64,000 bases of DNA, taken from the NCBI GenBank assembly GCA_020184695.1, contig JAANOX010000037.1, forward strand, positions 336,267 to 400,266, given 5' to 3'. Shown piece by piece: positions 9,770 to 19,390 of the stretch. The position numbers were made by a program, and so were the translations under genes. The notes beneath the pieces are model-generated. The model was not told the origin of the DNA and did no database searches. It saw only the letters and a list, made by a program, of their open reading frames with translations. Numbering within the stretch: the stretch's first letter is position 1; each line of letters starts with the position of its first letter. Source of the DNA: Histomonas meleagridis 2922-C6/04-290x (Eukaryota; Protista; Parabasalia).

Positions 9770-10528
9770 ATGACTGAAGCCAAAGGCACGAATAAGATGT
9801 GCTCTGTAATAATTCCAACTTATAACGAAGCAGAAAACATAAAACAATTACTTGATAAATTATTTGAAACATTTAAGCAAATTTCAAATACAAATTTTGA
9901 AATCATTGTTGTTGATGATAACAGCCAAGATGAAACAGCTAAAATAGTTTCTAAATACCCAAATAAAAATGTTCATTTATTGGAAAGAGAAGCCAAACTC
10001 GGGATCGGTTCTGCATACAGACATGCCTTCAGAAGGTCCAAGGGAGACTATATTTTGATAATGGATGCAGATTTTTCCCATAACCCAATTTACATTCCTG
10101 AATTTTTCAAATCTCTTGACAATTCGAACTCCTCTGTTGTATTCAGTTCTCGATATACGGGTGATGGTGGTGTCTCAGGTTGGGATTACAAGAGAACTTT
10201 TATCTCAAGTGCAGCGAATTTCATCGGGAAATTTATATTGCGCATACCTAATTCTGATATCACAGGGTCATTCAGATTATACTCAAGAAATGTATTTTCT
10301 AACATTGTTAAATACTCAAAAGCGACAGGTTTCTCATTTCAACTTGAAGCAGCATTTCTATCAAAGTACTTTGCAGAGTCATTCCAAGAAGTACCCATAA
10401 CCTTTGAAGATAGAAGGAAAGGAAAATCAAAACTGAATTTTAAGGAAATCATAATGTTCATCTGTTCATTAATCTATTGTTTTTTCTTTATGATCTATCA
10501 TTTCTTCTTTAAGCTAGATAATAAATAA
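9770..10528 (+). CDS. DPM1: Dolichol-phosphate mannosyltransferase catalytic subunit (GT2)
   Basis: SVIIPTYNEAENI, IIVVDDNS.D.T, MDADFSHNP.YIPEF, GDGGVSGWD.KR, SDITGSFRLY and EVPITFEDR..GKSKL closely follow DPM1. Confidence 0.85.
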   Translation: MTEAKGTNKMCSVIIPTYNEAENIKQLLDKLFETFKQISNTNFEIIVVDDNSQDETAKIVSKYPNKNVHLLEREAKLGIGSAYRHAFRRSKGDYILIMDADFSHNPIYIPEFFKSLDNSNSSVVFSSRYTGDGGVSGWDYKRTFISSAANFIGKFILRIPNSDITGSFRLYSRNVFSNIVKYSKATGFSFQLEAAFLSKYFAESFQEVPITFEDRRKGKSKLNFKEIIMFICSLIYCFFFMIYHFFFKLDNK

Positions 10529-10737
10529 AATAATTTTATTATTTAATTTAAAAATTATAAGATAAATCATTAATTAATTTTTTTTTTTTACTCAACAAAA
10601 CGAAACGTGCTTCTAGAGTTTCTTCTTATTTTAGGATATGGTGTATAGTTTTATTAAAAATGTGGATATTTTTTATACATTTCATAAAACTTCTAAAAAA
10701 AAATAAAACCGTTAAGTCTACAGACGGTTTTCTCAAA

Positions 10738-12873
10738 ATGGAAAACACTCCAAACCTCTCTCTGAGCTCTATCCAAGAAAAAATAAAGCAAGGGCAGATT
10801 ATTGAGTCTTTTAACTCCAAGCGAATTGAAAACTTGAATCAAAAATTATTCGATATAATACATCAAGTACTTGCAACAAAGAAGTTTCATTTGTTTTGTC
10901 ACTATTACTATCGCGACATTCATACCAATAAAATCGACCCATCATTTTTCTCATCTTTATTCCAAAGCAAAAATATTAATAAGCCAATAGAAGATCGAAA
11001 ATCTACTGTAATCCTAAACTCAATTAAGTTCCTTAGGGACAAGCCTATTAATTTTCAAACTGAAATTCTTAAACTTGGAGTTGAGCAACCTGAAATGCGT
11101 GATTTACTTACCTTTAGTGTAATCCCATCAATCTTTGGGCTTCTTTCTCATACTGAGGAACAGAAGCAATACGTTGACTTCATTGTTTCTATAACCAAAT
11201 CAATCAAGGAAATAGGATATTCTTTTGGCAGAGCCTTATTTGTCATTCCTGAGTTTAGACTTTTCACCAATAAAATATATGAAACAATTCCAATTCACTT
11301 ATCCAGTATTAACAGTACTTTACAAGCAGAAGATTTTTTGACACAATTTCTTAAAGGTGCTGAAAGATACATTTCACAATGTCCTCTCATAGTCAAATAC
11401 CTTTTACAAAAGGACCTTGGATACAAGATCCTTAAACATTCTTTTTTCAAACAATTTATTGTATCAACCTACATATATGGTTTTTCACAAATTGGTGAAG
11501 ATGCTGACTGTCTTGAAGCTGCGGCAATATTGCTTACAGAAGCAGCAAAACGAACAAAATTTGTCCATCAATTTTCAGAAATTCTTCGCAAAGCGAATAA
11601 AACTAATTATTACGACCAAGCAACAGAGCTTCTTCCTGTGTACTCTAGAGTGTTTTATCTCACAACATATGACGTCCAAATCATTGCACTTCTTGTTGCA
11701 AATTGTAAAAACGAAACTCCACAACCGCTAAAACCGCCATCCGAATACAATTTACTTGTTGTTAAAGATCTTGCGAGATTAAAAGGTAGTGGACAACTTT
11801 CCCAATCGAATGATTCTCTTTTGCAAATACACAGTGTTCTTCATGATCTTTTAGCCGAAGCTAGTGTAATTCCAAATAATATGCAACTTGATGAAGTCTT
11901 AAAAAGTCTTGTTGACCATACGTCTAGCTTCCGATCAGCGAAAGCTCGAGTACAATTTGAAATTTTCCAATATCTTGTTGAACAATATGAAGAAAAGACT
12001 AATTCCAAACTTCAAATGGACAAATTAATCACGTCATTCAAAGATTCTCTTGAAGGTGAATCCAGCCAACTCAAAGAGTCCACCTCTGAGCTCCAAAAAT
12101 TCATAACGATATTTACCATCATGAAACAATTCCTTGACAAGCTTTCCACCATATCCTATGACTACAATCTTCTTATACAGTATTGTCTTGTCTGTACTTG
12201 CTATGAAAAGAACGACTTTTTCACTCGTGCAATCCAACTTAAATCATTATCAACATTTACTTCGACTTTTTCCGAGATCCAAAATCGATGGAACTCATTC
12301 ACCACCACCTACAACTATCATTTTGACGTTTTGCCCGAAAGTATTCTTTTGCATTTCATGGACAAGTGCACATATCCATTGTTCATCAAAGCGTTACCAG
12401 ATACGCAACAATTCGACCAAAAGTTTTCCCAACTTTCCGACGAGTTAATTGAAGACATTGACAATGTTAAGCTCAAACAATTACTTAAGAACGAAACGTC
12501 ACGATTCGACATAAGTATAAATCGTATTCATGACGCATACGAATGTAACTCCGTTCTGCTTTACTTGAAAGAAATATCTTACGCAAGAAATAACATACAA
12601 AAGGTGCTGTTCGAAATATTCCCCGAAGCTGGCGAAAACGAACTGTTCCCAACAGTCGTCTTTTTGGTGCATAAGGCAAAGCCAAATATGTTCATATCGA
12701 AGACGGAATATATGTTCAGAGCTTTTCAGGCAATTTCAGGAATGATGACGCAGTCGTACGGAGAGAAGCTGCTCAATAACGTGGTGCTGATGAGACAGGC
12801 CGCAATATTCTTCGTGGAAACAATAGAGGGAAGTGAAGGGGCATTGAAGCTGAACGCGTTCTTGAATAGTTGA
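10738..12873 (+). CDS. Large hypothetical protein with a probable degenerate C-terminal VPS9-like domain (GAPVD1-like architecture possible)
   Basis: Long ORF; likely start MENTPNL; C-terminal GENELFPTVVFLVHKAKP..FISKTEYM resembles the VPS9 GADDLLP...P..L.S...YI motif. Confidence 0.55.
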   Translation: MENTPNLSLSSIQEKIKQGQIIESFNSKRIENLNQKLFDIIHQVLATKKFHLFCHYYYRDIHTNKIDPSFFSSLFQSKNINKPIEDRKSTVILNSIKFLRDKPINFQTEILKLGVEQPEMRDLLTFSVIPSIFGLLSHTEEQKQYVDFIVSITKSIKEIGYSFGRALFVIPEFRLFTNKIYETIPIHLSSINSTLQAEDFLTQFLKGAERYISQCPLIVKYLLQKDLGYKILKHSFFKQFIVSTYIYGFSQIGEDADCLEAAAILLTEAAKRTKFVHQFSEILRKANKTNYYDQATELLPVYSRVFYLTTYDVQIIALLVANCKNETPQPLKPPSEYNLLVVKDLARLKGSGQLSQSNDSLLQIHSVLHDLLAEASVIPNNMQLDEVLKSLVDHTSSFRSAKARVQFEIFQYLVEQYEEKTNSKLQMDKLITSFKDSLEGESSQLKESTSELQKFITIFTIMKQFLDKLSTISYDYNLLIQYCLVCTCYEKNDFFTRAIQLKSLSTFTSTFSEIQNRWNSFTTTYNYHFDVLPESILLHFMDKCTYPLFIKALPDTQQFDQKFSQLSDELIEDIDNVKLKQLLKNETSRFDISINRIHDAYECNSVLLYLKEISYARNNIQKVLFEIFPEAGENELFPTVVFLVHKAKPNMFISKTEYMFRAFQAISGMMTQSYGEKLLNNVVLMRQAAIFFVETIEGSEGALKLNAFLNS

Positions 12874-13527
12874 TTTTATAAAATGATATTTTTCCGAAAA
12901 TTGGATTTGTTCGAATGAAATTAAAATTATTTATTGTAAAGGAATTTCTAAAGAAGAAAATACAAATTTGGCAGTAACATTTGGAGATTTTGCACTTCTA
13001 GATTGGAGTTTGGTGGTTAATATTTCAGTCCCATCTTAAATTACAGGAATTAGAGAATTCGCATTCTCTGGTTGTTCTTGAATAATTAACTAATATGACA
13101 ATTCTTATAAGAAAGTATGATCATTTGGCATTACTAATTTCATATAATTTTTACATAGGCGTGTGCATGCATTGAAGGATTTATCATGATAAAAAGAGAT
13201 GCTTTTCTTTAGATTGAGGAATTTTGTTTTGCTGTTTATCAACATTTTGACTACTTTATTTGCTTTTCATAATAGAAACCCGTTATTTTGATTTAGATCT
13301 CAGAAAATTCATAAGATTATATCAAACCGAAGTTTTCCACACAATTTGTTCCGATTAACCGGAATGTTAACTGGGGGGTTTATGCCAATTTCAATAACCA
13401 ACATTTTTTTTTGCTTCAAAATTGCACAAAAGCCGCTGCCATTTGCCAATTGAAATGCAAACTGAAAACTCAGGAATGAAATTTGGAATTCAAGGATTTA
13501 TTGAAGAATAATTTATAAATGACCACT

Positions 13528-14085
13528 TTATACATGCTCATTAAGCTGGTTTAATAAATTACTAATCTGATAGAAATATAATGGATCATATTGCTGATCG
13601 TCTTTACTTTTCGTATCAATTGATACTTGATTATTTTCATCATTATCTAGTTGAGAACTAGATGGATGCTTTGTTATTAGTCTTGCGCAAAAGTAAAAAT
13701 CTTCTTCTGAATTTACATTCATGTTTAATGCTTTCATTTTCCTCATTATTGAATTCCATCTATTTTTCACATTATTAATTGATCTGTTACAGAAGCACTT
13801 ACAAATTAAGGACCACTTTGGGCCAAGCATATTATATTTCTCATATAAAATATGATCTTCACTTATTGTCCATGGAGAACAATTTACATTTGGGTTTAAA
13901 TAGAATTTCCATCTTTCTCTGCACTGTCTTGCATTTCTAGTTTTAATCTTAGAAGAAATAAAATCCCAATTTTTCATACCATACTCCTGTACAAGCTGAA
14001 TAAGCTTTTGATCCTCTTCATTGGTGAATGTCTTTCTCTTTTTCTTGCGAATTTGACCAACTTGAGTCCCTTTTAGTTGTTCCAT
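13528..14085 (-). CDS. R2R3 Myb-like DNA-binding protein
   Basis: FTNEEDQKL..LV..YG.KNW..I...TRNARQCRERWKFYL.P..N.SPWT.SED..L..KY..LGPKWS.I..F.NRS.NNVKNRW. Confidence 0.93.
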   Translation of the reverse strand: MEQLKGTQVGQIRKKKRKTFTNEEDQKLIQLVQEYGMKNWDFISSKIKTRNARQCRERWKFYLNPNVNCSPWTISEDHILYEKYNMLGPKWSLICKCFCNRSINNVKNRWNSIMRKMKALNMNVNSEEDFYFCARLITKHPSSSQLDNDENNQVSIDTKSKDDQQYDPLYFYQISNLLNQLNEHV

Positions 14086-14765
14086 CTGTAAAATACTTTT
14101 TTGAAGTATTCAATTTCAATTTCTCTTTGTGATATGTTCTGGAAATTGAATATGAATTTCATTCAAAGTTTGACGCTGGTAACATTTTAAAGAATTAATA
14201 TATTCTCTTAGATTTTCTCGATAAATTATATTTGATGTAGTATTTGAAATTACATCTCTATGTTTCATAAAGTATTTATATAAAACAAGAGTAAAATTAA
14301 TTTTAAAATGAGATCTTTGTTTTTCATGCATTAAAACGTTTTTTGGATTTGTTAACAAATTTCTGGAGAAAACGTTCAGCCAAGATTATCGTTAAAGCTT
14401 CTGTTAATTGAATTGCGCTTGATTGGTTTTCAGAAGAAATAATTTCAGTCAAAAGTCTTTCTTTTGATTAAGTTTCATAATTTTTGCGAAAATTCATTTT
14501 TATTCATGAAACTTTAGTAAAAAATTTCGTCTCTGATCTTTATTATGGCAAATTATTTAAATAACGTGCGAGTCAGTTTAAGATTCTTTATAAAAATTAA
14601 CCTCATTCTGCAAATGACCAAACTCTTTGAAACGTACGAAGAAAATTGAATTAATTTTTGGTTTTTTTACGGTTCTAACTTTTTCATAAAAGGAGGGTTA
14701 AATTCTGAACGTTTGGTGGTCGAACATTGATAAGTTTACATACAACTGCAACACCAAAAAATCAT

Positions 14766-15350
14766 ATGCAATCGGATTTATTGGATGTGCCATACCGTGT
14801 TGTTACAATAGGTGAAGAATCAGTCGGAAAAACATCAATAACAAATAGACTTGTAGGTGAATCATTTAATCAAAATGAACCCAGCACAGTTGGCGCAAAT
14901 TACCAACAAATCGAACAAGAAAAAGATGGAAACAAAATATGCATTCAGATTTGGGATACAGCAGGACAAGAAAGATTCAAATCTTTAGCACCAATATATT
15001 TGAGAAATGCTTGTGCAGCACTTGTTGTTTTTTCATTAACAAGCAAATCTTCGTTCGAAAGTTTAGGTTTGTGGATTGAAATGTTCTATGAGATCGCTGG
15101 GCAAAATACAATTTTATGTGTTATCGCAAATAAGTCTGATCTAACAGATGAACACGAGTTGACACTTAGTGAAGCAAATGATTGGGCAGCCCAATTTGGA
15201 TATCCTCTCTTCGAAGTTTCTGCTAAAACTGGATATGGAATCGATAAAGTTCTTGATTTTTTGTTAACTAAGCTTCCAACTCTCAAAGAAGGAAATAAAA
15301 GCAAAAGCAAAAAGCTTACTCAATCACAAGAAGGGGGACAATGTTGCTAA
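14766..15350 (+). CDS. Rab-family small GTPase (start MQSDLL)
   Basis: GEESVGKT, WDTAGQERF, NKSD and SAKTG motifs; terminal GQCC prenylation motif. Confidence 0.93.
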   Translation: MQSDLLDVPYRVVTIGEESVGKTSITNRLVGESFNQNEPSTVGANYQQIEQEKDGNKICIQIWDTAGQERFKSLAPIYLRNACAALVVFSLTSKSSFESLGLWIEMFYEIAGQNTILCVIANKSDLTDEHELTLSEANDWAAQFGYPLFEVSAKTGYGIDKVLDFLLTKLPTLKEGNKSKSKKLTQSQEGGQCC

Positions 15351-16220
15351 TATCAATTGTTTTCTTTTTTATGTAAAAATTGGTTTTGGTGGGAATCATC
15401 AATTTTTTTTTGAGAACTAACAAAAACCATTAAGTTTTTTAATTTGAAATATTGCAATGTTTTGTAATTGGTTTTGTTTTTTTTTGCTGCAATTCAATGA
15501 TTTATTGCGAGCCGTTATTTTGAATTGTTATGATGTCGTGAAAAGTGACATTTTTAATCAACATAAAAATTCATAAATAGAAATGAAAAGCAAATTTTTC
15601 TTAACCTCAAACAAATAATTTTTTCTTTAAATAATGATAATATTGAAAATTCAGTTCAACAAACAATTAATTTGTTTGATTCCATATTTCCAATTTCATT
15701 TAATAAAGTTATGTGTATGATGGCTTATTCTGCTTTTAAAACAAGAATGGTAGATGGAGAAAGTTATTTAACATATTTAAAATCAATCCAAACAAAAGAA
15801 ATTGAAACAAATAAAGATAATCCTAATATCATTGATGCGTTTGTTGATTACCTTATAATTAAGAAAAATAAAAAAGAAGGCAAATAAAATGATTTTTTTA
15901 AAAGGCCCAGCACTTAAAATTGCTATCAACAGTTATTCAAGTGATATTATTATGATGATTGTAACTGCTCAAGAAAATTTAGATAGTGAAGAGATGGGCA
16001 CATAAAAATTCTGTAATATATATTATAGAAATAGAACTTCTTTTTATAACTAAAAATCACTTTAATACATATTTTTTATATTCGTCAAATCAAATCCGCA
16101 AGTAATGTAATCATTAGAATTTATATACTTATGATATAATTTAATTAATTAATTTAATTTCAAAATAACATTATATTTCATTGTTAAATTTATCTTTAAA
16201 AATTTATTTAGGTTAATCAT

Positions 16221-18413
16221 TTATTCAGAACATTCTTTTGCAAGTATAATGGATACTGTCGTTTCACTATTTTCGGCATTAAACCAAAATCCAATTGCAA
16301 TTTTATCGAAATCGCCAAGCAACAAAGTCTTTGACCCTTCGGTAATTTTTTGAATAATCACTTTTAATGTTGATTCATCATTACCTTTCGCATTTACGTA
16401 TGTTCCATCCGCTTTCGAATACAAATTAGGAACAAGTTCTTTCGTAAATGCATTAGAGCTTATAATTATTTTACGTTCTCCTATAACACGTGCATAAGCT
16501 TTCGTTTGTTTAATAAGTTTCTGTCCTTTTTCATTATTAGCTGATGGGAAACTTAGTTCATTAAGTCCATTCTGTTTTCGAAATGTATTAATCGAATCAA
16601 ATAATATTCGCGACCGTTTTTCGAAGAAACCGTTTGCGGTGGCACTTTTTCTCGGTGATTCACTTTTGTTTACGCTGATGTTGGAATTGGAAGTTGTGCC
16701 TTCGTATATGAGAATCGCACAGACGTCACGATCTGGGTCTTCATAGAAACCAATTCCAATGTTATTAAAATGCGTGAGTGCTTTAACTGATTCTTGATCA
16801 TTTACATAATGTTTGGCAATTTGACCGTTAAGTAATTGCTTAAACAAATATGAAGTAAACTTATTGAAGTTTTGATTTTTATAATTTCTGAAGTTTTGTT
16901 TAAGATCTTTTTCATTGTTTCTTCCTTTGTTTTTCTCAAGCATCTCATTGAGTGAGGTTGAAAGAGATGCATCGAAATTAAATGGTGGAAGATTATGTTT
17001 TGAACGGATTTCATTAAGACAAGAAAGAATTTGATTTAATTTCATCGTACGATTGTCAGTTAAATTCTCTTGATTTGAACTTGTTATTTCATTTTTATTT
17101 GTATTTTGTTGTGTTTGTTCCGGCACTTTTTCATAATCTTCGCAATTAGTTTTCACTTCGGAAGCATCGCTTTGACTTGATGTTTCTTTATATCTATACT
17201 TTTCCATATCATCCATGTTCAATGGCTTAAAATTCAATGGATTTAATTCGAGTGTTGAAGTTCCATCGGACAAATTTCCATTTAATGATAAATTCAAATC
17301 ATCGTCATCTTTAAAATCATCCAAAGAACCTCTTTTTGCATCTTCAAACATCAAAGGCATTTCATCACCATCTGATGAGGAAGTAAAATCTGGTGGTAAT
17401 GGCTTTGATTTTAAGTTTAAAAGTGGGTTAACAGATCTTGGCTGTGGATCAGAGAGATTTGCATCCATTGAAAGGGTTCTGGACACAGGAAGAGCAACTT
17501 TGTTTGTGAGAGAAAAGTCGCATGTGTGAACTTTTGAGTAAAAACGCCTTTTTTCATGTAAACTTACCTTTTGTGATGAAGGTGAGCCAAGAATTGATGA
17601 ACTTGGAGGAAAGACTCCAACAATAGTAATAGTTATTACATTATCTTGTGTGTTGATGAAGAAATTGATAGATTGAAGAAATGATGTGCAAATATTTGTG
17701 AAGCCAGGTGATAAAAATAATTGACCAATAGGACTTGGGAGCATAGGACCAACAATTATTGTAGATGTTGCAAAAAGTCCGGTCTTTGTTGATGATAATA
17801 AATTTGTATTTTTGTTTGTGTTGATTTCTTTTGCATAATTAAGCAAACTTTCGTCAATTTTGAATAATGGAAGATGTAAAATTTTTCTGTAATTGTTTAT
17901 TAGTGTTAATAAATTATCAGAAGAAAATTCCATTGTATCATTTTGTGTTTTTTCAATAAAAGCTTGAGTGTTGGTTTGAAGTTCAGTAATTTTTATCCTT
18001 GCAATAATTAAAACTAGGAATATTTTTCTGGAATTAAATATTAAAATTCCAATTCCAAAGTTTGTAATGTTACCAGAAAGTAATTCTTCATAACCTTCCT
18101 CTAGCCGAAGCCTTTGATGAATTGATTGAATAATATCTGGCGTATTGTTTAAAGAAATGGAAAAAGGAGTTGACATTTCCAAAACAAATTCTTTATATAA
18201 TTCTACATTTGGAATTAAGTTCCTCCTCTTATCTGGATTGAGTGCAATAATATTTGGTGGATTTTTTGGGTATTGATTTGTCATTAATTGGGCGAGTATT
18301 TCCAAATGTTTATGAATTGCAATTGACTGATTTGATACTCTGTCATTTTGTAACATTTTGCATAGTTTTTCTTCATAAATATTTAGCTTTAAGTGCTCGC
18401 CTGCATTCTTCAT
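16221..18413 (-). CDS. Hypothetical protein with several degenerate CAP/SCP-like modules
   Basis: Repeated IN..R...L..(F/L) helices paired with (F/I)..IGIG strands (LINNYRKILHLPLF, LNEIRSKHNLPPF, INTFRKQNGLNEL; FNNIGIGFY, FDKIAIGFW, ITNFGIGIL). Confidence 0.55.
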   Translation of the reverse strand: MKNAGEHLKLNIYEEKLCKMLQNDRVSNQSIAIHKHLEILAQLMTNQYPKNPPNIIALNPDKRRNLIPNVELYKEFVLEMSTPFSISLNNTPDIIQSIHQRLRLEEGYEELLSGNITNFGIGILIFNSRKIFLVLIIARIKITELQTNTQAFIEKTQNDTMEFSSDNLLTLINNYRKILHLPLFKIDESLLNYAKEINTNKNTNLLSSTKTGLFATSTIIVGPMLPSPIGQLFLSPGFTNICTSFLQSINFFINTQDNVITITIVGVFPPSSSILGSPSSQKVSLHEKRRFYSKVHTCDFSLTNKVALPVSRTLSMDANLSDPQPRSVNPLLNLKSKPLPPDFTSSSDGDEMPLMFEDAKRGSLDDFKDDDDLNLSLNGNLSDGTSTLELNPLNFKPLNMDDMEKYRYKETSSQSDASEVKTNCEDYEKVPEQTQQNTNKNEITSSNQENLTDNRTMKLNQILSCLNEIRSKHNLPPFNFDASLSTSLNEMLEKNKGRNNEKDLKQNFRNYKNQNFNKFTSYLFKQLLNGQIAKHYVNDQESVKALTHFNNIGIGFYEDPDRDVCAILIYEGTTSNSNISVNKSESPRKSATANGFFEKRSRILFDSINTFRKQNGLNELSFPSANNEKGQKLIKQTKAYARVIGERKIIISSNAFTKELVPNLYSKADGTYVNAKGNDESTLKVIIQKITEGSKTLLLGDFDKIAIGFWFNAENSETTVSIILAKECSE

Positions 18414-18523
18414 TTATTTAAACAGACAAACTGTTTTTTTTGTATAGTTTATTACAATCCAACAGATTTCCGCGGTAAAAAACAAACGGTCCCTTATCGT
18501 ATAAACGGTCGTGCTCTGGCCAA

Positions 18524-19165
18524 ATGAGCTCAAAAGCGGCAGCAAGAAAAGAAAAACTTAAAAGAGAAACAGAAATAATTAATGCAAAAATGCAAAAAGT
18601 AAAGTTTGCAAATGAAAATGAAGATAATCTCTCTGATTTAAAAATATTTAAGCATTTTTCAAAAAATGGTATAAATGCAGAAATTAATTATTTCAAGGAA
18701 ATTCCAGAGGAATACAAAAATTGGGTATTCGATTTAACTGAAAGAAATATGAAAGATATGTATGAAAAAACATGGGGATGGAATGAAAAAAAGAAAAAAC
18801 TCGAATTATTTAGCCCATTATCTCGCTATCTCATTGCAATTACACCTGAAAAACCAATAGGCTTTGCTCATATCAGATTTGAATATGAACATAACTTAGT
18901 AAGAATATATATTATGGAATTCCAAATAGAAAAAGAATACCAAGGGAAAGGCCTTGGAAGGTTTTTACTTCAAGCTATCGAATTTATTGGTCTTAAGCGA
19001 GGAATGGAGATTATTATGTTAACCGTTTTCAGAATTAACACTGGCGCACTTGCGTTTTACCACAAAATGCATTACTTCCCACATGAGCTCTCTCCATCAG
19101 TCGCTGATCCAACAGGTGCTTATGAATATGAAGTTCTTTGCAAATCTTTGGTTAAAAAACAATAA
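18524..19165 (+). CDS. NAA40: N-alpha-acetyltransferase 40 (NatD, histone H4/H2A N-acetyltransferase)
   Basis: WVFDLTERNMKDMYE..WGW...KK.EL, GFAHIRF, YIMEFQI..EYQGKGLGRFL, MLTVF..N.GA..FY and ELSP match NAA40. Confidence 0.88.
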   Translation: MSSKAAARKEKLKRETEIINAKMQKVKFANENEDNLSDLKIFKHFSKNGINAEINYFKEIPEEYKNWVFDLTERNMKDMYEKTWGWNEKKKKLELFSPLSRYLIAITPEKPIGFAHIRFEYEHNLVRIYIMEFQIEKEYQGKGLGRFLLQAIEFIGLKRGMEIIMLTVFRINTGALAFYHKMHYFPHELSPSVADPTGAYEYEVLCKSLVKKQ

Positions 19166-19390
19166 AAAAATATTTTTGTTTCTATAGTTTTCGATTATAT
19201 TATCATTCGAAGATTTTGTGTTTAACCATTTTACATTGTGAACAAACAAGTTCAATGTTTCTTAAAGCGATTCGCTCTATTTCACTGTATTAACATAAAA
19301 AATGGTAAACGAAAATATTCAAATTTTGTTAAATTGCGTTTTGATTAATATAACATAATTTTTATTTATGATTAAATCATAACAATTTTC

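Noticed and set aside
13052-13069. Hairpin AGAGAAT-TCGC-ATTCTCT in intergenic DNA
   Set aside because: An isolated 7-bp AT-rich stem with no supporting context.
15600-16005. Short frames (71-aa ORF; KGPALKIAINSYSSDIIMMIV) that look like an ankyrin-gene remnant
   Set aside because: Too degraded to assign.
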